From Tubiluchus corallicola (taxonomy: Eukaryota > Animalia > Priapulida): a DNA stretch of 64,000 nucleotides. The position numbers and the translations under genes were made by a program. The notes beneath the pieces were generated by a model. That model was given only the letters and a program-made list of their open reading frames with translations. It made no database searches and had not been told where the DNA came from. Positions 38,901 to 52,800 of this stretch are shown in pieces; position 1 is the first letter of the stretch; every line of letters begins with the position of its first letter. The DNA lies in assembly GCA_030141605.1 (NCBI GenBank), contig JAQGDQ010000920.1, forward strand, positions 16,441 through 80,440. Direction: 5' to 3'.

Positions 38901-41900
38901 TGTTTATGCAATTCGATATATATATTACGACAATACTCAATTTACCATGGCAGAGTCAATAAATTACAGATGAAATTTACTCACTGTTCAGTTAACGTGA
39001 AGAGACAATTGTTTAATGCTTACTGCACTACTTTTTATTGTATGTCCACTTGGAGACATTTTTATTCTTACAATCTTAGCAAACTCAAGGTTGCATATAA
39101 TGTATCAACACGGAAGCTGTTTAATTTTTGATATGATAGGAGCGCCAGATATATTTCTACTAGACTTAATATTATTTATTTTGATGTGATTCACAGAAAA
39201 TGTACATACAGTTTACACGTCAGGCTGAATAAGAGTGAAAATTTTATATGCAAGAACATTTTAAACAGTGATGTAAACTTTACTTCTGTAATTAGACGAT
39301 ATTCGCGTAGTTTGTTATATCGTTAATTGTTATTTGTGTTATTGCTGTGTGTCATGATTTATTGTATTATTTGTATTAATCTGTGATTGTGTATATGAAC
39401 TTTGTAAAGTTTGAAATAAAATATTAAATCTAATGTGTGTGTGCACTAATATACTAGTTTCTTGCAGGAAGCGATATCGGGAGTACAAGTCCTTGTACAA
39501 AAACAAACTCCGCATGCCGAAGGACATTGAGCTATTGATTGATTTACAGCGACTAGAGGATCAGTTAGACATCCCTAACATTCTGATGGCAAGAGAAGAG
39601 GCTAAACTTGAGGTTTGCAAAATCTATTTTCACTTGTTCTTTGTCAGTGTTAAGTTGCAAAAAGTTGTTAATTTACTCTCAAAGGTGATACTTCTTACTA
39701 CATACTACATACAGTAGTAGTAGTAGTGATGGTAGTAATAGGTAGCATTGGCTTGAGTCACATTTTGCTTTGAACTAATTTGAGAGTAGATGGCTCTTGC
39801 TCTTATCTTTAAAAAATTAATAAAAGTCAATATAACTAACTTATGGCAATTGTGGTTTCATACAGATAATGGTAACAGTTTTTCTGTTTAGATTGCTAAA
39901 ACTTCACCTTCCACGGTAAGAAGGATACATCCAAAACCTGAGTCAAGTTGGTGGTTTAGTAATCCTCCTGCCGTGGAGGACGAGGAACTTTACGTGCCTT
40001 TAGAAGCCGAAACCAAGTGTGAGTTCTTTTCGCTTTTGATTTTTGAAATCTGCACTCTGCTAAGCATCATACATACTCATTATTATATGCTAACTTAAAT
40101 GTAAGTTTGTAAATGCTTGTAGCAAAATTGTTTTGCAAAACTATTAGATGGTCTCTTTGCAAGTGGTAGACTTCTCCGTTTTTCAGCCGCTTTATTCAAA
40201 GTTGTTATCCAACTATTTTCATTTTGTTGTTCTAAGAACTGTTACACTCGTGTGAAGATCATGAGAAGTATTTAGCGTTCTTTTATGTAGATCCTTTGAA
40301 AAAAGCAGATACGTTAAATTACAGCTCACAATGCAAAATTTGGATAGTAGAATCACGGTTTGTTGTAAGACATTGTCAAAATAAGTTAAATGATTTTCAA
40401 CCATCAGAATTTATACTATGCCCTGTACAATAATGCAGCTAAAGTCTTGGACACCTGCATATGGTGCTCATCTCACTTGAAAAGCTTTGAAGTGATTATT
40501 TTGTTTATTGTTTTATTTGTTTCACATCAACACAAATACACTATTAATACGTTAAAAGGAACAAAAAATTATCAATAATTCGATGAATAACAAACAGTAA
40601 GATACATAGTAGGAAGTAAATTTTGGAAAAAATGATTTAAACTGTCTTCAGACGTAAACAAAGATAGTAATATCTCTACTTCCTTTAATACTGGTGACTA
40701 AACAACGTTATGTACAGCATCATTACAAGTATACTAACTTGACTCTCAAAACACTGTGGGGTTGAAAGATAAACAAGAGAATTATCGCTGTTGTATGTTG
40801 CTTAGTAAATTTGTATACAGTTTACTTTGAGCACGTAACTAGTGTAGATATGCCATAGTTCAGGTTTGCTATATATATACAAATGTAAATGTGTTGCGGG
40901 ATTAAATGTCATGTTTCATATTTTGGATGTGAATTATGAATAAAGTTTTGCTTAGGAGTTTCGAAGTTGTTTCACTGCACTTTCGTCATAGTTTTGCAAC
41001 AGTACAGCCATTGTGAATTCTACAAGATACAAACGAAGTTAATGATTGTTTATTTTGTTAAGACATTTTAACGTTTGTAATGCTTTTAATGAATCATACT
41101 GTGCATATAGGAAAATATTTGGAATCTTCGCAGACTGTTAATCGCAACCCATCAAGGTTGCAACGAAATGTGATTTTATACATTTATATTCACTGTTTTT
41201 CATTGTAGAGAATATGATTTGGTATAAATTTATAATTACCTTTATTATGTATAGCACTGTGGTCCAAACTTTCACCCGAGGAGAAAGATCAGTTAAACAA
41301 AGCTATCGGTTATACAGAGGGGGACCGAACAAGCAGCAAGCCGGCTCAGGTATATCACTAAATTTGTTTTAAATTTACATCCATATATATATATATTGTA
41401 CTACAGGGCTGTGATGAAATGAAATGTAATGCTGGCAGGGGAATACAGTAGACTTCTCAGGTGTGCATGTGAACGTGGCTTTATCTAGCACAGACTCGTA
41501 TTTGGCTTTGTGTTAGTAAAAGCCACTAGTCACGTGCACACCTGAGCTTATAAAAAGGGAATGCCTGCTGTTGACCGTTGTCAGTGGTCATGTCTTTCGT
41601 AGTATGTGCAGCTCTGTTCACATTTTTCAAGCTTTTCTCGCAAACTCTGTAGGTAAGCTGGTCGTTCCTTATTTAAAGTGTAGCATTCGATAATAAATTG
41701 TCATTTCGGCTGACTCTATTATTCAATGTTTGTTTATGGGTGAGGCGTTGAATGACACAATTAAGACATGCCGCACGGTGTGGGCCGCGGTGCCATCCAT
41801 TCTGCCTCTGTTAAAAGTGGATGGCAGTCCAATATACACACACACATATATATATATATAGTAGAATCATATGTATATATATATACTCTGAACTAACGTA

Positions 41901-43847
41901 ATAAAGGGAAAGAAAGTTGTTGATATTATTTTAAACTTTTGCTTTCCATTTCTTAAATTTGTTTATGTCAGTTGATGTGGGTTTATGTGATCATAAATTA
42001 AACATGCAGTAAACTATGTATAACTTGAACACCTGAGGACTGCCGGAAAATTTGTGTGAGTTATGCGAGGGTACGAGAGAACACAATGTTCGTAAGAAAA
42101 CAAGATTGAGTCGCTCATCAACATCAGACAAATACATCATGGCATGTGAAAATGACAAACTGAGCCTTTAATCAAATATCAAACAGTTTTTATGAATAAT
42201 CAAAAATAAAATGACTGGTCCACCTCTATTGTAGTTTGAGTAGCGTGGTTATATTGTGATCTAGTTATTAATGTGATGTTTGTTAAACCATGTTGTCCTG
42301 CTAAGGCAATACAAGAAATCTTATTATTTTTGCTGAAATTAGCAGTTAAAATTGTAATGTGGTGCACCCTTTCGCGTAGGATTTCTTGCTTGGGAGGTTA
42401 TTCGAGATAGGGGGTGTAATTTCAGTTAGATTCTTAGAAATTGTACCGGGAATTCGGTTTGAGTTAAGCAATAATTCGAGTTAGAGATTTCGAATTACGC
42501 GATGTTTGGTAAAGAGAAAAATGAAAGGAAAAATCCGTTCCAGCTGGAGACACGCGAGAATTCGAGTTATAACTGGTCAAGTTATACGTAGTCTACTGTA
42601 TTTTAAAGACTACAGTCTAGCCTCGTTATCTCGCCCCTCGTTATGCCGCCAAACTCGTCTCTCGCCATAGAAAGTACCAGGACGGATTTCCTGCTTTGAT
42701 ATTTACCTCGTTAAGTCGCCACCCTTGCTTCTCGCCCTCGCCACGTCATGCTAGGATGAGTGCTTATGTAAACCATATTCGATGTCTCTGAAGCGAAAAC
42801 TGTCTTAATCCTGAACAAAAAAAAGGAAATTTGTATTTATCATACTAATAATTCTTCAAAGACACAGCAGGAAATTGCTAATGTATTTAGTGCGAAATTT
42901 GGTGACACTGTTAGCCGGAGAAGTGTAGGAGATATAATAGCGAGTAAAGGAAAATGGATGCAAAGTTCATGGTCACAGTGGCTCAACGAAATTGCGACGT
43001 GGACAGCATTCCAATCTGGACATGGCACTTCAGCTATGGTTCACGACTGCACGATCGCAAAATGTCGTCATCACTGATGCTGTTTTGCGCGAAAAGGCCA
43101 AGCAATTTGGAAATGAACTGGGCATAACCGACTTCCAGTACTCTAATGGATGTTAATGAACTATTATGTATATACATATAGACTAACTTCCTTATATTCA
43201 CATTATCTGGCCAAAAATTTGCCCTAGACGGACAGTGGCAAGATAACGAGACTAGACTGTACTTTAGTTGTGTTAATTTGAATTGACCAAAGTTCTTTCA
43301 TTACAAAATCTCTAAATTTTTTATAACGTAATTCTTATCACGTCACATCGAGCACACCCTTTTGCTAGCTAATGTAACCCAACCACTTATAATCTAATCA
43401 CGCTTTTTACAAGATCTTTATTTTTAATTATTTTATGAATTAATTGACATAATTAATTAATTATGTTACAGTATATAGAACATAAGGTGAACCTGACGGT
43501 AGCAAACTGTACGGTGTCGCTGTCAAACTTTGAAAGAGATATATTGGTACTGTCTTGGTGTAATCTACTGCTTAGCTTGGAGAACAGAGCACCTGTGAAT
43601 GCTTTTAGGTATTAAATGTCATGGCTTCTGTGTTTCATATTTTGGTTGTGAATTATGAATAAAGTTTTGCTTAGGACTTTCGAAGTTGTTTCACCGCTCT
43701 TTCGTCATAGTTTTGCAACAGTACGGCCATTGTGAATTCTACAAGATAAAAACGAAGTTAATGATTGTTTATTTTGTTAAGACATTTTAACTTTTGTATT
43801 GGTTTTAATGAATCATACTGTGCATATAGGAATATACTTGGAAATTA

Positions 43848-43879
<32 letters not shown>

Positions 43880-46800
43880 TTTATTTAAAGTCGGCTTTTG
43901 GGTATAATAATAATAATAATAATAATAATTATTATTATTATTATTATTCTTATTATTATTATTATTTATAGATTATTTATTATTCTGTTATCAGTAATAA
44001 CCTTCTCTATATTTTGTAGAATTTCTGCTCGTACAGAAAGTTTTCTGATAGAAGGAGCGTCTATAGAACATGGTTTAGTTCCAATACTAACAGCTGATAA
44101 TACTGTTGGCACAAAAGGTGAGGATTCTTTGCATTTCTGAATAGCTGTGTCTAGTTTTCATGGAAATCACCACTCTGCTACACATAGCTAAGGAATAGTA
44201 AATGAAAGTCATTCACTTTAAGGTCACTTTTGCACTTTCAATTTTTTTTAAAGAATTTTTATTCATTGTATGTTGTAGTTTATGAAAAACGATCAACCTA
44301 TGGACTGCTTCGTTGATGTCTAATTTTTTCTTATTTAGCCTGACTATTCTTGATTTAATTATGCATTGTTTTTACACACAAAATCATTAGTCTAGTTGTT
44401 TTGTTTAGTTTACACATTCTTGTAGCTGATTAGCTAGTAGTCAAAACCAAGTAAGAAAGTGACGTAACAGTATTTTGCATAAAAACTGTTGTCTGGTTAA
44501 ATAAACAAATTGACTAATCTTCGTTACACAGCTAGTGATGAAATATATTATTATTATAATTATATAATAATTATAATTATAATTATATAATTATTGTAAT
44601 TATTATAATTATTCTTGCAGTGAAGAACATAGGCAACGAGTAAACTATTTCCATATAAGGACTTGGTGTAAAAGCAGTAATGAACTGACAATGGAGACAA
44701 GAGATTTTCATTTTTATTTGTTTTTAAAATGAATAAAGGACATTGGACTTACAATGTTTCTGTTTTATTTCTTGGATTTAGATTTATTTATTCATCCATT
44801 TAGCACCGCCAAAAAGAAAAGTTATAAAATTACTAATTAACAATGCATTGCAGTGCTATGAACGCAGCAGAAAAAATTAACTTATGAGCTACGCTCAACA
44901 TGGCTAAGACTAAATTAATGAAATAAACAACAACTGAAAAAATACGTTAAATAGATCGAAGCAAACAGAAGCAAGAAAATGATAATGACGATGTTGATGA
45001 TGATGATGATGATGACAACGATGATAACGATGGTGATATTAATGCTGATGACAATGGTGATGGTGATGACAATGATAATGAATTAACTGTTACGTTTACA
45101 AAAAGAAAAGCCATCTTAGATTTCATCCTCGGATTAAGCAACCTTAGACGTTCTGGCAATTTAATTAGTATAATTTTTCCTAATCATTTAATTAAAAAAT
45201 TACTAAATTTAATAACTGGTTTTTTATCAAAAAATTTTTATATTCATTTTTCAGTTTTCAGTTAAGTATGTAAGAAGAGCTATATTGTCATTAATTTTTC
45301 GTTTTCGCTTCAGGTTCTAGAGCGCCCCATGTGTTCTCGTTAGACTTTGAAGTGAAGCCGTTACACATACAAGCCGATTTTGCTGTGACTCTTTTGCTAG
45401 AACCTGTGGAAGTTGTGTACCATGAGGTAATAATAATTTTATTATGTGTGTGTGTGTGTGGCAGCCTCTCTGCAGTAGGCGAAAATTTCTTTCACTTTGC
45501 TTTAATATGTAGCAGAAAATATATGTTCTTGTTTAAGTGCTGCCACCTGTTTCACCTGGTTAGGTAGGTGAGTTGGCTTGAGCAGCAGTAGTCAGACGTG
45601 CTGCCACCTGTATCACCTGGTTAGGTAGGTGAGTTGGCTTGAGCAGCAGTAGTCAGACGTGCTGCCACCTGTATCACCTGGTTGGGTAGGTGAGTTGGCT
45701 TGAGCAGCAGTAGTCAGACGTGCTGCCACCTGTATCACCTGGTTGGGTAGGTGAGTTGGCTTGAGCAGCAGTAGTCAGACGTGCTGCCACCTGTTTCACC
45801 TGGTCGGTAGGTGAGTTGGCTTGAGCAGCAGTAGTCAGACGTGCTGCCACCTGTTTCACCTGGTTGGGTAGGTGAGTTGGCTTGAGCAGCAGTAGTCAGA
45901 CGTGCTGCCACCTGTTTCACCTGGTCGGTAGGTGAGTTGGCTTGAGCAGCAGTAGTCAGACGTGCTGCCACCTGTATCACCTGGTTGGGTAGGTGAGTTG
46001 GCTTGAGCAGCAGTAGTCAGACGTGCTGCCACCTGTTTCACCTGGTTGGGTAGGTGAGTTGGCTTGAGCAGCAGTAGTCAGACGTGCTGCCACCTGTTTC
46101 ACCTGGTTGGGTAGGTGAGTTGGCTTGAGCAGCAGTAGTCAGACGTGCTGCCACCTGTTTCACCTGGTCGGTAGGTGAGTTGGCTTGAGCAGCAGTAGTC
46201 AGACGTGCTGCCACCTGTATCACCTGGTTGGGTAGGTGAGTTGGCTTGAGCAGCAGTAGTCAGACGTGCTGCCACCTGTTTCACCTGGTTGGGTAGGTGA
46301 GTTGGCTTGAGCAGCAGTAGTCAGACGTGCTGCCACCTGTTTCACCTGGTTGGGTAGGTGAGTTGGCTTGAGCAGCAGTAGTCAGACGTGCTGCCACCTG
46401 TTTCACCTGGTTGGGTAGGTGAGTTGGCTTGAGCAGCAGTAGTCAGACGTGCTGCCACCTGTTTCACCTGGTTAGGTAGGTGAGTTGGCTTGAGCAGCAG
46501 TAGTCAGACTGCCATGATTTATGCTGATACATTCCAGAATTGCTAATATTTTTGTTTTCAAGATTTGAGTCTTACGTTTTTCTTGAATCTACTTCATTAC
46601 CTTAATGTTTTCATAGCTGCAACAATGTTAAGTGTTGATAATTGCTTTGAATTATACGAATAATTACTTTGTTAAACATGCGCTAACATAATATATTATT
46701 TGGATGAATCGGTTAGAAGAAATCAAAATTTATTTGTGAACTCTCAGTTTTGTAATTTTATTTTATTAACAGAAATAAAGACTTCTGTGAATACCATCAA

Positions 46801-49800
46801 GATTTTATGGAGTTTTGCTATTCACTGCAACAGTGTGTGACTCATACATTGTATTGTAAGAATGTAATATTGTGTGCCTGCTTATCCACCAAGTGTGGAA
46901 TTGGTTATTGTGGAATTGAAAAGGATTAATTAATATGGTATCCGATATAACGTGACCTAAGACGGAGCAATTGAGCAAATTATGAAGATAAAAATGACAT
47001 AAAATAGATCAATTAGTAAAGGAAAGCTGTGTTAAATATGATTTTGATTAAATTGGTGATTAAATTATTAAATTAATAATTCAAGATTAAATGCTTGATG
47101 ATGCAAGATTAAACTATCGTCGTGGATAGAAGCCCAGTTAGATGTGGCTTCACATGATCAGCTGATGTTCGACCGGCTGATTCAGAAGTAAAAATTGATG
47201 ATGTAATCTTTATGCGCAGAAGCTCACGGGGCATTACGTAGTTAGACAAATGTGTTTTGAGGCTCGCACCTCGGGGGAGATTAGGAACTGACTTGAAGAC
47301 GGAGGGTTGGAATTACTATCCTCTTATATTTACCGTGTCGTGTTTGATATTTAATAAATGTGTAGTTTATTAAATAAAGTCTTGATAGTTTGCCATGCCC
47401 ATTGTGGCTACCTCACACGCAACGCAATAAACAACAATAATCAGCAAGCAGCATTAACCACAAGAATAAATAAACTTCAACCAAATTATTTTACTCAACT
47501 GGGTGACTGAAACAAGGTGACCAGGATTAAAAACAAGATACCCAGGGTGACAACAAACTAAAAATATTGGTTTTACCGAGTTTTCGCCTTCAAATTGTTG
47601 CATTTTATCTCAAATTCTGTATTTTTCTTTACTCGTTAGCACGCCGTGTCTGAAGTTATAGGCTTCTTCCAAATACCTAATCTACGCTTGTCTGACGTTA
47701 AAGCTGTAGCTGCAAGCTACGTGGAACAGGCAGCAACTTATACAAAAGCTGGTTTATTGCACGCTATACAATCACACAAGGTACAGTACTTGTAGTACAT
47801 TTTTATAATTCATTTATTTCGGTAGGTCTATCGATGTTAAGTTTATATATCTATTTATCTGGTGTTCTACATTGTTCTCATTCTTACCTATGTAATTTCT
47901 TCCAACTGTTGTTGTTACTTTACTGTAGACATGCTTCATCATACTTGTCATCACATGCTGATTGTTAATGTGTTGGAGGGCAACAGAAAAGTACAGTCTA
48001 AACTTGTAGTACAAGCAGGTCCTATTTCAGCCTAGGCGAGGCCCGGGGAAGTGGGGCGTGTGAGGCCCCATCGGGGGGCGAGCGCTACCATGGTTGGCGC
48101 CCAGAAAATTTTTGAACTGCTAGAATGCCAGAGAAGCATTTTCGAAGAGAAAATATGGAGTTATACAGTTGTTAAAGGAAAAAACAATTGAAAGAAAAAC
48201 TGATTTATTCTCAAGACCAGTCCTTAATACTTGTCAATACTGGCAAACGGCGTGCGTGCGGCAAGAGAGAAAGAGGGGGAGAGAGGAGGCAGTATGTTCG
48301 CATAAAACAAAAAAATATTACCTTGCCGCGAGGCCCCCCTGGAGGGCGAGGCCCCGGGGAAGTATCCCCACTTCCCCCCTTGAAATAGGCCCTGAGTACA
48401 AGCAGCAAAAATGGGATGAATCTAATCTAGGATGTATATATCTAATCTAGGATGTATCGGTAGTTAGTGTTATATTGGTAGATGTAGTAGTGCTTTTTGG
48501 TCTTAAGTAAGTCTAGGTTACTATAGGACCTCATAGATTACAAAGCTGAGGTAGTCATTAATGAGGGCAAATGTACTTGTTATAACAAGATCAATTTTGG
48601 TGTCGCTGCAATTTATTTTGCGCTATGTTAATCTTATTTTGGTCAATAATCGGGCTTTCCTTGTATTTGCAAATAAGCAAGCATCTTGGCCAAGGTACTA
48701 CGTTGTTAGATGTTCATAAGCCACAGCAAAAATTTGTTTTATGCCTGTTGCCAATTAATCACTGTACATTCTAACTATGTTCTCATTATTTTCTACTTGC
48801 TAAATGTAAACTAGAGTAAGTACATTTAACAGAATCGCATAAACATCGGCATATCTTATAAGTTCATTGATAAAAGACCACACGGTTGGGTACCGAGCAG
48901 TTACCATGGACTGTATTTTTCCAATGAACGGTACTAATATTGTCAACTTGCTGTCAGTATTGTCAAGTTTGGTCGCAAACTAACTAATGTGTGATGTTTT
49001 TTTTACAGACTGTTAACCTGTTAGTTGACATCAAGTCTCCATACTTAGTTGTACCAGAATATGGCACTTTGCAACAGTAAGTCGTTTTTCTCTTTTATGA
49101 TGACACGGTTTTTTAAATCTTTTTTGTTTGATGGTAGCAGTGCAAAAAATGACATTTAATGATTCCTTTTTATCACCACATGTTTGCTAAGTACAGGTTT
49201 GCTGACTTTATTAGAACTATGGTCGTAGTGCACTATAATATGTTTGCTTGCATAGCAATATCGTCCATAAATTGGCAATTAAGCTTTTATAGTTATTCAC
49301 ATATCCTGAATCTCCATTTCATGAGGATCAGTTTGATACCAAGTTCATCACTGTATGTTATTTCTAAGCTGTGAAAATCCACATTGAAGTTGAGGTGCAG
49401 GCTGCACACTGAAAAACATAATCTTAAGAAAAATGCTGTTAGAGTTTGCCATTGTTTTTTGTTGCGTTTCTGCAAACACTTAGCAACCGTACGAAAGTGT
49501 GGTTGCTATGGACTTTACAAGAGCACATTGGAGTTATGGTTAAATCCAGTAGATGGCTCTTCCTGACCAAGATCTGGTCTTGTCAACCGAAAAAACCCAA
49601 ATCAAAATGGCTGCTTCCACGAGCTACAATCGGAATTACATGATACAAGTTTTTTTTATAATTGCAGTACTAGTTTCTAGACAGAAAAGTGGCTAAGGAG
49701 TTATAAAATTAGATTTTTAGTAGTTTTGAACATTTTCCTGATAATTTGATGCTAGACTATAAAAGTACGATATATTTAGCATTTGTTTTCATAAAAAGCA

Positions 49801-52800
49801 AAAAATTAACATTAGACCAAAATTTTGTTGCATTCTACTTTGAAGCATCGTAACATAGTTTTAACTATACCAACTAATGGATGGCTTTGGTTTGCAAGCA
49901 CATATTTAACAATTTTCAGGGGTGGATCAGTAATAGTTGTTGACTTCGGCAGACTTCGTGTTGACAGCCAGCTACAGCCAAAAGATTCATCATTGGAGGT
50001 ATGTGTAATTAGCTTTATTATAACCAATTTACTTTCTCAAAATATACAGATTTGCCTTAGAACTTTCATTGCACATTTGCTTGAGAGGGTAATTGTAGCT
50101 GTGGCATCGTTAACTTCAGGCTCCCAGTTAATCATTAGGTTTCTCCTTTTCCTCTTCTTTCTACTTCTTCATCACCAGGGAATAAAGATTGCAGTTTCTT
50201 CAATAGCATTTGTGATTAGCATAGTAAGTAATGAGCTTTATGGAATTCTTGATGAATGTGCAGCACATTATGCGAACACGCAGTACGTCAGTTTAAGTAG
50301 GAGAATTGCTTTTGTGATTAAGTTTAGCTTGAAGGTCATCAGTATATATCAATTTTCTGTGAAATATAAATTCTTATTTTTTAGCATTTTGGCTGCTGAG
50401 ATATTGCTGAGATTAATGTCACCAGGTTGTTCTGCATATTGTTCTTGTCACACAAATTGACTCATCTCATGCAGTCGCAATATATGGCCTCCAATCAATT
50501 ATAATGCTATTTTAATGTACCTCTGTGTAAATTAAACATATACTGTGGTCGTTTCTTCTCCTCTTTTCCTTCTTCCTATCCCTAATCTTACTATTTTCTT
50601 TCCATTCCGTCAAGTCTACTAACCCTAACCATTCTTTCATTCACTCATCCTCCCCTTCCTTCCTTCTTCCTATCCCTAATCTTACTATTTTTTTCCATTC
50701 CATCATGTCCACTAACCCTAACCATTCTTTCATTCACTCATCCTCCCCTTCCTTCTTTCTTCTTATCCGTAATCTTACTATTTTTCTCCATTCCGTCATT
50801 TCTACTAACCCTAACCATTCTTTCATTCACTCATTTGCGCCACCCTAACAAGTCAAGCTTTCAAGGTGTCATACATTAACTCTTTTATTTGGTTAATTTG
50901 ACTTCATCAACGTTTTTTTACCTATACTGTTTCATTTTGTTTCAATAATATTGTATGTTGATGTATTGCATATGTATTGCTGGAGTGAAATAAATTGATT
51001 GATTGATTAATTAATTGATGATTGATTGATAGATAGATTGATTGATTGATTGAGATAGATTGATAGATTGATTGACTCATCATCAGTGCACAGGAATTCA
51101 TGGCGTTTACACTTCTTTAGAATTTAATGTCGTGTTAAAGATAATTAAGGCAGGTACTTTACACCTGCATGTTGATTGGCTTGCTGTGGTTTACAGGATG
51201 CCACGATGACTGAGGTTGAGGAAAGAATGTATGATAAACTGAGCGTGAGTTTAAGAGGTCTTCAGGTTCTGTTTGCTGATCCTGGTAAGTTGACACCATT
51301 TCCAATTAATCAGTAATTTGTCCAATTAGTAGTTTCAGTTGCATATATTTTAATAACTTTTTTTTAATAAATGATAAATATTTTTCATTTCCAGTCATAA
51401 TTAGGTAATTAAGATATTTAAGATTGTAACTGATATCAGTATGATTACATAAATACCTCATGTACAGAAAAAGTGGAAATTTCTGCGACTTGACACTTTG
51501 CACAAATTGTCATTATACTAGACCACATTACTCAGTAACTCTATTAGACACTTTGCACAAATTGTCATTATACTAGACCACATTACTCAGTAACTCTATT
51601 AGACACTTTGCACAAACTGTCATGATGCTAGACCACATTACTCAGCAACTCTATTAGACACTTTGCACAAACTGTCATGATGCTAGACCACATTACTCAG
51701 TGACTCTATTAGACACTTTGCACAAACTGTCATGATGCTAGACCACATTACTCAGTGACTCTATTAGACACTTTGCACAAACTGTCATGATGCTAGACCA
51801 CATTACTCAGCGACTCTATTAGACACTTTGCACAAACTGTCATGATGCTAGACCACATTACTCAGTAACTCTATTAGACACTTTGCACAAACTGTCATGA
51901 TACTAGACCACATTACTCAGCGACTCTATTAGACACTAGCTCTGTCAGATGCTAAATGCTCATTATAAACAGTTTGCAAAACTGCCTTAATTGAAAACAC
52001 CATTGTTTGGGCTTTTAAAAACCAAATAGACATTCGAAGTTTTGATTAATTAATTTTGCTCTTTCTTGTCTTTTGTTCCCAAAAACATGACATTCCATCT
52101 AAACAATAAAACGTGTATGTCAAAAAACTACCAATAACCAAAAGATCAATAATTATACATAATTTAGCAGTTTTTACACTATAGCATTGCAGTAACTTTT
52201 GACTAATTTGTAATTTAACTAAATAACTAATTTTAAAAGTAATAAAATCATGAGCTTTCAAAACACACAACACGACAATATTTTAATGCCTTATAAATTG
52301 CCTTGTGTTCGCAAAATTCAGTCCACTCAACCAGATCAGGCCTGATCATGTGATCTGGCCTAAAATTGCCACAAGGTGGCCTGAGCAGACAACAAGAGAA
52401 GGCTGCTAAGTATGCTAAATTTCCATCACAATCATATTGTAGTGAATTTTACATTATGTGACTGAACTAACAGGACTAATGCAAAATTTATGATTTTTGC
52501 CTCAATGTTTTTTCTACTTTAGGTGCTGATTGGCATACTGCGCAGCTAGAGCAAGAAACAGAGATGCATATTGTACCTTACATGAATGTGCAAGTCAATT
52601 TATTCAACAGCATACGTCAAGATTATACAACCATGCCAAAGTAAGCTTTTGTCATGATGCTGATTTTACCAAGGCACAAAAAACCCTTACAAGATCAACA
52701 GAATGCAAATTAAGTTATTTGTATTCAAGAACAGCAGTAATAACATCGGCAGCAGACATCTGAGCAGAGAGCTGTAAAATACGTGAATGAATTTTACCTT

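Noticed and set aside
45674-46284. Minus-strand repetitive ORFs (QVAARLTTAAQANSPT)
   Set aside because: The 60/61-bp unit mix shifts frame continually, so they are translations of the minisatellite.
46786-47417. Possible solo LTR (tgtga...tcaca with internal AATAAA)
   Set aside because: No matching TSD and no second copy in the window. The same applies to a tgtta...taaca segment at ~22993-23350.
49825-50460. 211-aa ORF
   Set aside because: Only 49920-49998 is VPS13 exon 17. The rest is TE and intron read-through with a non-ATG start.
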